DNA of 64,000 nucleotides from Phaeovulum sp. (GTDB lineage Bacteria; Pseudomonadota; Alphaproteobacteria; Rhodobacterales; Rhodobacteraceae): NCBI RefSeq assembly GCF_030684035.1, contig NZ_JAUXPI010000030.1, positions 8,239 to 72,238 of the forward strand, read 5' to 3'. Shown piece by piece: positions 47,806 to 57,900 of this stretch (position 1 is its first letter; each line of letters starts with the position of its first letter). The notes under the pieces were generated by a model. It saw only the letters and a program-made list of their open reading frames with translations, ran no database searches and was not told where the DNA came from. The position numbers and the translations under genes were made by a program.

Positions 47806-48939
47806 ATGGAACCCGTCTGGGCGGCAGGGCTGATGACCGGAACCGTGCTCGATGGCAACATCGACGTGGCACTGCTGAAAACCGATGGCGAAACCGTCAC
47901 CGAGATTGGCCCCTATCGGCTTGCGCCCTACCCGCCCGGCCTGCGCGACCTTCTGGAAGCCACGCTTGCCGCGGCCCGAAGCTGGGCCTTCGAGGGCCCC
48001 GAGCCTGCGATTTTCGCCGAGGCCGAGGCGGCACTGACCCATGCGCAGGCAATGGCCGTGCGCGATCTTGCCGAAAGCGAAGGGCCGGGGCTGGCACGCC
48101 TTGGCATCGTCGGCTTTCATGGCCAGACCGTGCTGCACCGCGCGCCGGTGCCGGGCCGCAAGGGCGCGACGCGGCAGCTTGGCAACGGCCAGTTGATGGC
48201 CGATCTGCTGGGGGTGCCGGTCGCCTACGACTTCCGCTCGGCGGATGTCGCCGCCGGTGGCCAGGGCGCGCCGCTTTCGGCGGTCTATCACGCCGCCCTG
48301 CTGCGCAGCCTGGGCCAGGGGCCGCAAACGGCGGTGCTGAACCTCGGCGGCGTCGCCAACATCACCTGGTGGGATGGAGCCGAGGCGGTGATCGCTTTCG
48401 ATACCGGCCCGGCGAACGCCCCGATCAACGACTGGGTGCAGGCGCATGGCCGCGGCACCATGGACCGCGGCGGCGCGCTGGCGCTGAGCGGCAAGGTTGA
48501 CGAGGCGCGGCTGGCGCGCCTGCTCGACCATTCCTGGCTCAACGCGCCCTACCCCAAGTCGCTTGACCGGTTCGATTTTCCCGCCAGCATGGCCGATGGC
48601 CTCGGCCTTGCCGATGGGGCGGCAACGCTGACCGCCTTCACCGCCGCGGCAGTCGGCCGGGCGCTTGAGCTCTTGCCGCAACGGCCGCGCCGCCTGATCG
48701 TCTGCGGCGGCGGCAGGCATAACCCGGCGATCATGGCCGCGCTGGTCTTGCGCGCCGGTGTCGAGGCACTCCCCGCCGAAGCGGTTGGCCGGCGCGGTGA
48801 TGCGATCGAGGCGGAGTGTTTTGCGCTGTTGGCGGTGCGGGTCGAGCGCGGCCTGCCGATCTCGTTTCCCACCACGACCGGCGCTCCCGCGCCGATGACC
48901 GGCGGCCGTCTGGCGCTGCCGGAAGCGAGGACCAGATGA
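47806..48939 (+). CDS. anmK: Anhydro-N-acetylmuramic acid kinase
   Basis: Trimmed to [24 protein letters not shown] (the GLMSGTSxDGxD-type N-terminus). It has a GGGxxN-type C-terminal motif ([12 protein letters not shown]). Confidence 0.9.
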   Translation: MEPVWAAGLMTGTVLDGNIDVALLKTDGETVTEIGPYRLAPYPPGLRDLLEATLAAARSWAFEGPEPAIFAEAEAALTHAQAMAVRDLAESEGPGLARLGIVGFHGQTVLHRAPVPGRKGATRQLGNGQLMADLLGVPVAYDFRSADVAAGGQGAPLSAVYHAALLRSLGQGPQTAVLNLGGVANITWWDGAEAVIAFDTGPANAPINDWVQAHGRGTMDRGGALALSGKVDEARLARLLDHSWLNAPYPKSLDRFDFPASMADGLGLADGAATLTAFTAAAVGRALELLPQRPRRLIVCGGGRHNPAIMAALVLRAGVEALPAEAVGRRGDAIEAECFALLAVRVERGLPISFPTTTGAPAPMTGGRLALPEARTR

Positions 48940-49826
48940 ACACCACCGAAACCGCCTCGCCGCGCTTCGCGGATATCGACCACTGGCCCACCGCCGATCT
49001 GACCGCAGGCATCATCGAGGCGCAATATGCGGCGATTGCCGCGGTGCAGGCGGCGCAGGGTGCGATTGCCCGCGCCGTTGATCTGGCGGCGGCAAGGCTG
49101 GAACGCGGCGCGGGACGGCTCATCTATATCGGTGCGGGCACTTCCGGGCGGATCGGCACGCAGGATTGCGTTGAGCTGCGCCCGACCTTCAATTGGCCCG
49201 ACGCGCGCACACTGGTGGTCATGGCGGGCGGGCCGCAAGCCTTTCTCAGGGCCCGTGAAGGTGCTGAAGACAGCGCGGCAGATGCCGAGCAGGCGTTTGC
49301 GGCGGCAGCGGTGGGGCAAAGCGATGTGGTGCTCGGCGTGGCGGCAAGCGGGCGCACGGCGTTTACCATTGCGGGCCTGCGCCACGCCCGTGCTGCGGGG
49401 GCACTGACCATCGGGCTGTTCAACAACCCCGGCGCGCCACTAGGCGATGCCTGCGAGGTGCCGGTGCTGCTTGCAACCGGGTCGGAGTTTCTTGCGGGCT
49501 CCACCCGGATGAAGGCGGGCACAGCGCAGAAGGTGGCGCTCAACGCCTTTTCCACCGCGCTGATGATCCGCCTCGGCTTTGTCTGCAAGGGGCTGATGGT
49601 CGAAATGAAGCCGACCAATGCCAAGCTGCGCGACCGCGCGGCGGGCATGGTTTCCAGCCTGAGCGGTGCTTCAACGGCCGCGTCGGCAAAGGCGCTGGAG
49701 GAAGCGGGGGGCAGCGTGAAGCTTGCGGCGTTGATGCTGGCGCGAAAGCTTGCGCGCGCCGAGGCCGAGGCCGCGCTTGCCCGCGCGGGCGGGCGGCTTG
49801 ACGCGGCACTTGCGGTGCGGCCGTGA
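48936..49826 (+). CDS. murQ: N-acetylmuramic acid 6-phosphate etherase
   Basis: Trimmed to [17 protein letters not shown], with the SIS motif [19 protein letters not shown] overlap with anmK. Confidence 0.9.
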   Translation: MNTTETASPRFADIDHWPTADLTAGIIEAQYAAIAAVQAAQGAIARAVDLAAARLERGAGRLIYIGAGTSGRIGTQDCVELRPTFNWPDARTLVVMAGGPQAFLRAREGAEDSAADAEQAFAAAAVGQSDVVLGVAASGRTAFTIAGLRHARAAGALTIGLFNNPGAPLGDACEVPVLLATGSEFLAGSTRMKAGTAQKVALNAFSTALMIRLGFVCKGLMVEMKPTNAKLRDRAAGMVSSLSGASTAASAKALEEAGGSVKLAALMLARKLARAEAEAALARAGGRLDAALAVRP

Positions 49827-50242
49827 CCCCGGAGATCGAGCTTTCGGAAACCCCGGATGAGGCCGACCTCGCCGCGCTTGGCGCGGCCCTTGCCGCCTTC
49901 AACGCTGCCGATGTCGGGCCTTCGGGGCACCGCAAGCTGGCAATCCTGTTGCGTGGCGGCGCGGGCGAGGTGGTCGGCGGGCTTTCGGGCTATACCGCCT
50001 GGGGTTGGCTTTATGTGCAATGGCTCTGGCTGTCGGAACCGCTGCGCGGTCAGGGCTGGGCCGGGCGGCTCTTGTCGCTGGCCGAGGCCGAGGCCAGAAC
50101 GCGCGGCTGCCATGGGGCCTGGATCGACACATTCAGCCCGGTGGCGCGCGGCGTTTACCGCCGCGCGGGCTATCAGGAATTTGGCAGCCTGCCCGGCTTT
50201 CCAATGGGCCGCACCCGCAGCTTTCTGCAAAAGCCGCTCTGA
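49823..50242 (+). CDS. GNAT-family N-acetyltransferase
   Basis: 139 aa with the acetyl-CoA-binding pattern LRGQGWAGRLLSLAE. Its GTG start overlaps the murQ stop (GTGA). Confidence 0.8.
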   Translation: MTPEIELSETPDEADLAALGAALAAFNAADVGPSGHRKLAILLRGGAGEVVGGLSGYTAWGWLYVQWLWLSEPLRGQGWAGRLLSLAEAEARTRGCHGAWIDTFSPVARGVYRRAGYQEFGSLPGFPMGRTRSFLQKPL

Positions 50243-50288
50243 CGCCTGCTGGTCGGAAGCGCGGGCGACCTGCCCCCGCCCAAGGGTT

Positions 50289-51947
50289 TCAGAACCGCGA
50301 AAGCGTCAGCGTGGCCGACAGGGTCATGTCTGACTGGTTTGCCACGGCATCGAGCAGCGGCACCGCAGCGACCACTTCAAAGCGGACCTTGTCAGTAAAG
50401 TTGTATGCAGCACCGATCCCTGCCGATGCCATCCGGGTAACCGGGGGAAAGGTCGAATAGACCGCGCCCATGTCGGCAAAGACAAAGCCACTGAAGGCGG
50501 TCTCGTTGACGGTGAAATTCTTGTGCAGCTCCAGATTGGCAAAATAGCCGCTGTCACCGGCGATGCCATCCGAGGGGTAGCCGCGCACCGTGGTCGGCCC
50601 GCCGATCTGGAACAGCAGGTTGCCCGGCAGCAGCGAGGCTTCGCTGGTCTGCCACGCGCCGCGACCGATGAAGGTGATGCCGTTGGCGAATTTATAGGCC
50701 CCGTCGATCGACCCGGTGCCAATCACATATTCGGTCGTGGTGGCGGCGATCTGATCGGTCACCTCGGCAAATACCGCCTGCACCTGGGTGCTGACCGTCC
50801 AGTTGTCGCCAAATGCGGCAAGGATGAACCCGGGGGCGAATTTGGTTGTATCGGCGTCTACCAGAGGCACACCCGCGGAATAGGAAACCGAAGTGCCCCG
50901 AAATCCCGAAGCTGTTGCCTGCAACACGAAACGGTCGCTGGCATAAATTGGCTGCGTCACGGTCAGCGATGCCGACCGCGCCCGCCCCGAAAGGTCGAGC
51001 GGCAATGTCGGGCCAGCGACGACCTCGTATTGCGATCCGGTGCCGCTGACGCTGACCCGCGTTCCGATCGGGGTGATCGGCATGTCGAACCGCACCGTTG
51101 CTGCCTGGCTTCCCTCGGACGCTTCCACGAACAAGAGGAACGTATCATCAAGCCCAAGCAGCCCGTAACGGCGGAAAACGAAGGTGCCCTTGATCTCGCC
51201 GGTCGAGGCAACGCCGTTGTTGTCGATGAACAGTTGCGCCTGTTCAGGCGCGGGTTCGGTAACCCCGAATACCAGATCGGTCAGGCCGAATGCGGCCCCC
51301 GGCTGCAACAGCAGACGAAGCTGGGCGCGGTTGGTCTGGTTGAAAAAGCTGATGTCGCGCGCCGCCGTCGGCACATCCACCGTGGTGCCGCGCGCAAACC
51401 GGACCCTGTTGGTGATGAAGCTGGTCCGGGTCTGGCGCTCGCCGACCATGGCGACCACGCCAACCTGCCCCTCGATAAGGCTGACCACCAGATCGCCGCC
51501 TTCGACGTTCTGCGGCCCGAGAATTGCGGTTGCGGTCACCACGCCCTTTTCGGCGTAAAGATCGTTCACGTCGCGCACAAGTTCCGAGAGACCGGAAAAA
51601 TCGAGCCGCCGCCCGACGTATTTCGACCGTATCACCTCAAGCTCGGCGTCCGACAAAAACGCCGACGCCGGGGCGAAAGCAACCGATTTCAGCAGCACGG
51701 TCGGCCCACCGGGGGCGGGAAGTGCGCGGCGCACGGGCTGGTCGGAAATGACACCCGGCCCGGTCTGGCGCACGTTTGCCGCCGCGTCGGCGGCATTCAG
51801 CGCGCGCTCGCTTTCGGCAGCGATGCGCGCCGAAAGATCGCCCTGCGCCAGCACCGGGTTTGCACCGCAAAGCACCAGTGCCCCGATCGCCAACACGGCG
51901 GCCCATGATAACCGCCACGTCGCCGGCCTCAGCATCTTGCCCACCAT
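50289..51947 (-). CDS. Two-partner-secretion outer-membrane transporter (TpsB; ShlB/FhaC/HecB family)
   Basis: Trimmed to MVGKMLRPATWRLSWAAVLAIGALVLCGANPVLAQ (signal peptide). It has a POTRA-like region (LLKSVAFAPASAFLSDAELEVIRSKYVGRRLDFSGLSELVRDVNDLYAEKGVV), a beta-barrel-type alternating C-terminal half and a terminal Phe (...TLTLSRF). It lies 47 nt downstream of the giant gene. Confidence 0.9.
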   Translation of the reverse strand: MVGKMLRPATWRLSWAAVLAIGALVLCGANPVLAQGDLSARIAAESERALNAADAAANVRQTGPGVISDQPVRRALPAPGGPTVLLKSVAFAPASAFLSDAELEVIRSKYVGRRLDFSGLSELVRDVNDLYAEKGVVTATAILGPQNVEGGDLVVSLIEGQVGVVAMVGERQTRTSFITNRVRFARGTTVDVPTAARDISFFNQTNRAQLRLLLQPGAAFGLTDLVFGVTEPAPEQAQLFIDNNGVASTGEIKGTFVFRRYGLLGLDDTFLLFVEASEGSQAATVRFDMPITPIGTRVSVSGTGSQYEVVAGPTLPLDLSGRARSASLTVTQPIYASDRFVLQATASGFRGTSVSYSAGVPLVDADTTKFAPGFILAAFGDNWTVSTQVQAVFAEVTDQIAATTTEYVIGTGSIDGAYKFANGITFIGRGAWQTSEASLLPGNLLFQIGGPTTVRGYPSDGIAGDSGYFANLELHKNFTVNETAFSGFVFADMGAVYSTFPPVTRMASAGIGAAYNFTDKVRFEVVAAVPLLDAVANQSDMTLSATLTLSRF

Positions 51948-51994
51948 GTCACTGCCCCACCCGTTTTTTTCAGCCCTGCGTTCCAACTTGGCAC

Positions 51995-54900
51995 CTACTG
52001 CCGCAACAGAACCGCCGGGCCATTTCCCCGCACAAAGACGCTGTACACGATCCCGTCAATTTCGACCACCGTGCCATTGAGATCGGCCAATTCAAGGTCT
52101 TCTTCGTCTTCTTCCGCAAGCGGAACCGAACCGAATGCGCCGGGCAGCACGATCGGGTCGCCCGCATCGCGCATCTGCCGGATCGTATCGCGGACCAGGC
52201 TGATGCCCTGGAACGGCACGCCCAGAAGGTCGGTCACCTGCACTGTCGCATCATAAACCACGACGAAGGCGTTCGTGGCGACCGTTGTGCCGTCGAGCAA
52301 CAGCGTGAACGGGTTGCCGTTCAGGAACAGCTGCGTGTTGCTTGGCGGGATCGCCTTGGGTGTTTGCGAACGGTCATCGACAAAGACCGTTTGCGAAGGT
52401 GTTGTCAGCAACAAGGTTCCCGCCATTGGCGAGGTGCCTTGTATCGGCACGATCCCGTTGAGAATGCTGACAAATTGCGCCGTCGTCGTCATCAGGGTCT
52501 CGGACACGAAGAGCGCAGGCATGATGATACCCGCAGGCGCATCGATATTGACCTCGGCGAAGGTCGCTACCGTGCCGTCTGGCCCGGTCAGGGTGACGTT
52601 GAGCGGGTCAGGACCGTTTGGCACCTGGGTGATATCGAGCGCCCGGATGATGTCGGCGCGCAAGATCAGGTTCTCGCCCACCTCAAGCACCCCAACATCC
52701 AGCGTGCTTGTTGCCTGCAGCTCGATGTTCTTGGCGCGCATGACCTTGACATCGAGGATGCCGCTGTTGCCCGGCCCGAAGCCCGCGATATTGATCAGCG
52801 TATCGCCAGCCTCCTCCAGCTCGCCGATGATGTCGCCGGTCGAATAGATGGAACTGTGGCGCCCGGCAATGATGGTGTCGAAGAACACGCCATGACCGGT
52901 AATCAGCGAATCGCGCCCGGCGTTGAGGCTGGTCAGGATGTTAACCGATCCCGGACCCGAAGTGATGGTTGCGTCAATGCCAGTGGTTGCGGTGTCGAAG
53001 GTGACAGTTTCGCCGCTAAATACAGCCGAACCGGCGGCATTCAGCGACCCGCCAAGAACATCGCCGTTCACCGACAACAGCGTGATGTCGCCCGGATCGG
53101 CTGGCCCCGGAACTTCCGGAATGCCGGTGGTTTGCAGATCGACAAAGCTCAGATCACCCTCTGCCTTGAAGTACTGGCTGCCACCGCTCTCAGCCAAGGT
53201 TATGTCGAGCGTGCCGTCGCCCACAACCTTGATCGGGCCATTCGGGGCTTGCAGATTGCTCAGCACCATATCGGTAAGCGCAGCGAGGTTGATACCGCCA
53301 TCGCTGGCCTCTGCTGCCAGCGTATTGGTGCGGATGCGCAACGGGTTTGCGGGGTCGGTTACGGTATTGTCGAGTGCTGTGGTATTGGCCTGGGCCTTGT
53401 CGCCAATCCCGAGTCCCGCGCTAAGCACCACCCCTGCCCCGGCGGTCATGGCGGTAATGTCGGTGCGCGGATCGAGGGTTCCGGCAAAGATCCGGCCCCC
53501 CGCAGTCACCGAAACCGCCTCGGCATCGGCGCTGCCCGAGGTGATCCCGGTCACCAGCGCATCGCCGATGGTGGCAATGACCACCTCCCCGGCATCGGCC
53601 CGCAGTAGCGCCCCGTCGAGCATCTTGAGCGAACCGGAGTTGATATCGACCAGCCCGGCGACCGAGTGGATACCGCCAAGCGCGGTCACAAGCTGGCGCG
53701 CACCGGCGGCAAGGTTGATCGTTCCGGTGGTTTCGACCAGCCCGTCAATCACGCTTTCGCCCGCCGCAGCAAGGCGGATGGTGCCGCCTGCGAGCGCCGA
53801 ACCGATGATGAACAAGGTCCGGGTCGGGCCAAACAGGTTGATCTCGTTCAGCGCGCTCGCAACGATGTGGCCACCAACGCTGACCCCGACATTGAGGCTG
53901 CGCGCGACCGTGCCGATGGAACCGGTCACCGCTTGCAGCGTGACCTGCGCACCAAGGACGTTGATCAGTTCATCATTGTTGGCATTGAACAGCGAGTTCT
54001 GCGCCACCAGCTTCACATCTTGCGGCGAAAACACCGTGTCGATCCGGCCGCTGTCGGTAAAGGCAACATTCACGCCATTCTGCGCACGCGCCGTGGTTGT
54101 GGCCCCGGCACGCGGGGTAAGCGTCAGCGGCGTGGTCTCGGAGCCGATGCCACCCTGCGCGGCTTCAAGGATCAGGTTGCCGGTCTGCACCAAGCTTGTC
54201 GGCGCGTTGATGATATCGCCGAAAACCTTGATCCGGGTTTCGCCATAGGTGCTGATCGTGCCCAGCGTCGCGCCACCGCGCGAAGCAAGGAACACCGCAC
54301 CGATATCGGCGTTCGCCACGTCCGACACATTCGGCACCGTGACATTCAGCGCGGTAACCGCGTTGAAATTCAGCGGCCGTTTGCTCAGCACGGTCAACAG
54401 CGTGTGCTCAGGGGCCACAAGGCCGAGTGCGGCCGCGTTCAGCGCTGCCAGTTGCACCGACGTAAGGGTGTCCAACTCGACCCCGAGCAGAAGCTCGGTC
54501 AGCACACCCGGCACGCCAAGCCCAAGCGCCACGGCGGCGTTGTAGGCGGCGATCTGCTCGGCGGAAGCGCCTGCCGGCAGATTGACCGGGCCAAGCGTCA
54601 GCTTCAGATCGCTGCGTTCGGCGGCGGCAAGCGCCACTTTCTGATCAAGCGTCAGGAACCGCGGGTCAAGGTCGGAGCGGATCGAGACACCAGGGGTTGC
54701 GGTGCCCGCGCCGATGGTTTCACCGATGCCAAGCCCGGCCTCGATGGTCACGGTGCGGCCCGCAACGTTGGGGTCTTTCAGCACCGGGTTGGTGCCGGTC
54801 ACCGTCTTGAGCGCACCGGGCGCGATCGCGAAGGCCAGCTCGCGCTCGGTCCAGACCGAGCCGCGGGTCAGCTCGGTCTTTTGCGCATCGGTGGCGGCGT

Positions 54901-57900
54901 AGTGATAGCCATCCTCGAAGCTTGCGGTCAGGTCGCCGACAACGCCATGCAGGCGGTGGAATTCGGCGGTTTGCTGCAATTCGTAAGCTTCGATCTGGTC
55001 GGTCACATAGGTGTCGGGGTCCGCTTCACCGGCGGCAATGGCCTCGGCCCGGTAATGGGCATCAAGCGCGCGGAACTGCGCGGAATCCGGGTCCACCGAT
55101 ACCGTGGCGCTGTCGCTATAGGCGGCGTCGCCGCGAATGCGCCAGTACTGGTTGTAGGTCTGCGTGGTCGAAGCCTCAAAGGCTGCAATCGCGTTTTCCT
55201 GCTTGGCGGCGTTGACCGAACCATCAACCCCGCGCGACGGATCATCGGCCAAGAGGCCAAGGCTTTCCCAGAAGCCCAGAAGCTGGTCATAGGTGCGCTG
55301 ATCGATCGTCTGCACCGGGTTGTTGTCAAGGATCTGGCCGGTCGCCGCCAGCCGCACGTCGCCGCCGGTGGTCTGGACCCTGGCCACCAGCATGGTGCCA
55401 TCGGCATTGCCCGACCAGGCATCCGAACGGATGCCGATGTCGCCCGCCGCGGTAACCGAAAGGCCAAAGAGCGGGTTGGTCTGCAACGAAGGATCAAGCG
55501 CCGGGTCACCGAAGTTGCGCTGCGACGGGTCGGCGGTAAAGCCGGTGTTCACCCGCAAAAGCGCACCCGTGGTGGTGCTGCCCACCGAACCGCTGAGCGC
55601 GGTCAGGGTCACGCGCGGGGCCTGAATGCGCGCCGTCTGGTCCTTGCCGTCGATCGATCCGAACGAGAACAGATCGACCTTGCCGAGCCCGGCGGTCACG
55701 CTGCCCGCCGCTGTCACCTGATCGACGATCAGGTTGGTGCGCGAGATGATCGACACATTGCCATTCTTGGCGTTCGCCGAAAGCGCGCCGGTGCCGGTTG
55801 CCGCACCCGTCAGGTTGACGGTCAGCGACGCATCTATCGGGGCCGCGACATTGCGCGGGTCGGTGATGCCGCCAACAAAGCGGTCGGCGGTCAGGTTGAT
55901 GGTCTTCGCCCTGATCTCACCTGCCAGCTCGCCCTGGATGATCGAGGCACCGCTGCCCGAAACCGTGCCCGCGTTGATCGTCACCGTGCCCGCAACCGCG
56001 TTGAGGCCGGCGGTCAGCACCACATCGGAACTTGTCGAGGAAACGTTGATCGCGCCGGTGTTGGAACCGATGAAATTCACCCCGATCGGATAGTCGGCCT
56101 TCAGGGATTCGGTGATGATTGTCGTGTATTCCTGCCGAAGCTCGTAATAATAGGTCTTTTCCGAGGCGATGCACAGCGTCCACCAGTTGCAGCGCCGCGA
56201 GCTTTCGCCGGTCTTGACAAAGTCGTTCTTGGTGAAGGTGCTCTGGTTTGCAGTGGAAAGCTGGGTTCCCGAGAGGCTCGCGTTGGTCGTGGTCGTCGCG
56301 TTCGGATTCTGGAACGCGGCACCATTGACGACCTGCAAGCCGCCGCCGGTCAACGTGCTTTGCGTCGTGACATAGGTGCCATCTGCAAGCCGGTAGGTGT
56401 TGAGCAATAGTGGCGAACCGCTCAGCGTAAGGCTGGTAATGGAGGCGACGGTCAGGCTTTCCGAGCCAAAAAGCTGGGTGGACACCTGCGAGTAGTTCGA
56501 GGTGCGCTTGTATTCCTCGCCCGTCGTCCAGACATAGCGCTGGTTGGCGACGGGCGTGTAGGTTGTCGCGCGATCGCCGCCGACGGTGTTGATCGCGCCA
56601 CCAAGGATCAGGTTGCCGGTGGCATTGTCGATGATGCCGGTCTGGGTGGCAATCTGCACCGTCCCGCTGGCGTCGCCCGGCACATAATCGCGGGTGAACA
56701 CGGTTTTGCGCACGGATACAAGCGGGTTGCTGGCGCTGTAGGCACCATCTGTTTTCAGTCCGATGACATCGGTGATTTCGATCCGCCCCGCCACACCGCG
56801 CAGGGTGCCGGTGGCATCTTCGCCGGTGCTGAGATTGCGCAGCACAACCGGAATGCTTGAGGTGTTGGTGATGTTGATCGTGCCGAAGCCATCAAGCACA
56901 TTAAGCTTGCCCACGGCTGTTGACGACGAGGTGTTCATGATCTGGCCGAAAAGCTGGATATACCCGCCCTTCACCGAAGCCCCGTTCACCACATACTGCT
57001 GGTTCTTCGCGTCATAGGAAGCGCCGATATTGTCTGCCGCCGAAGCCCGCACCACCGAGAAGATGCCATCGCTGCCGGGGTTTGCCAGCACATAGGCCTC
57101 GGCCTGCGCCTTGGTGAACTGCAGGCTGAAACTGATCTGCTCGGAAAGGTAATCCTTTATATTGACCTGGGTGGCCACGCCGAAGATCGCGATGGTGCGC
57201 ACCGGGTCGGCATTGGGATCGACCAGCACTTCCTCGGTGTACTGGTTGACCACCACCGCCAGCTCTGCCGGGTCGATCCCGGCCGGGGTGCGGTTGATGA
57301 CGATCGCCTGGCCTGCGCTGTTGAGCACGGTTGCCGCGCTGATGAGATTGGCCGCATCAAGCGCCGCCTGGCTCACGCCTATTGCCGAAGCGCTGGCGGT
57401 AAGCGTGGGCGTTGCGCCGAGCGAAAGGTTCCATTCGGCGATACCCGACTGGATTGTCGAGTTGATGTTGAGATAGCGCGCCGAGATCGAGATTGCGCCA
57501 TTGGCGGTGATGCCCGGTCCCGCTTCCGAGGTGGAAGTGTGAACGGTGAAGCTCGCCGGATCGCCGCCGATGTGGTTGAAGCCGTTCACATAGCTCGCTA
57601 CGAAATCGCCATCCTTGGCGAGAATCTCGACCGAGCCTGCGTTGATCGTGCCCTGAATGTAGATATTCCCGGCTTCCGAGATGATCCGCACCGCGCCGGT
57701 GGTGTTTTCGATCACCGAACCGCGCTTAAGGATGATATCGGGCGCGATCTTGCGCTCGGCCAACGGGAAGGCTTCGGGTGTATAGGTCGAGACGATCTCG
57801 ATCAGGCCGCGGCTTGAGGTGCGCGAGGTGACCACATTGGGCACGGTGAAGCCCGAAACCAGGCCGCCGGTGTTCAGCGCGGTAATGTCGTTGGGGCCAT

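Noticed and set aside
51948-52530. CdiA-CT toxin plus CdiI immunity pair at the 3' end of the giant gene.
   Set aside because: There is no VENN or (E/Q)LYN demarcation motif. The 47-nt spacer to tpsB holds no ORF, and no small ORF lies between tpsB and the convergent GNAT gene. A toxin role is not excluded but is unsupported.
53666-56410. Very long plus-strand ORFs inside the giant gene: 914 aa here, and also 51776..53608 (610 aa), 61577..63613 (678 aa), 52923..54248 and 58805..60079.
   Set aside because: They are antisense shadows of the 4001-codon minus-strand frame. Their translations are Arg/Gly/Asp/His-rich nonsense with no motifs. GC-rich GCC/GGC/ACC/GTC codon bias suppresses stops on the opposite strand.
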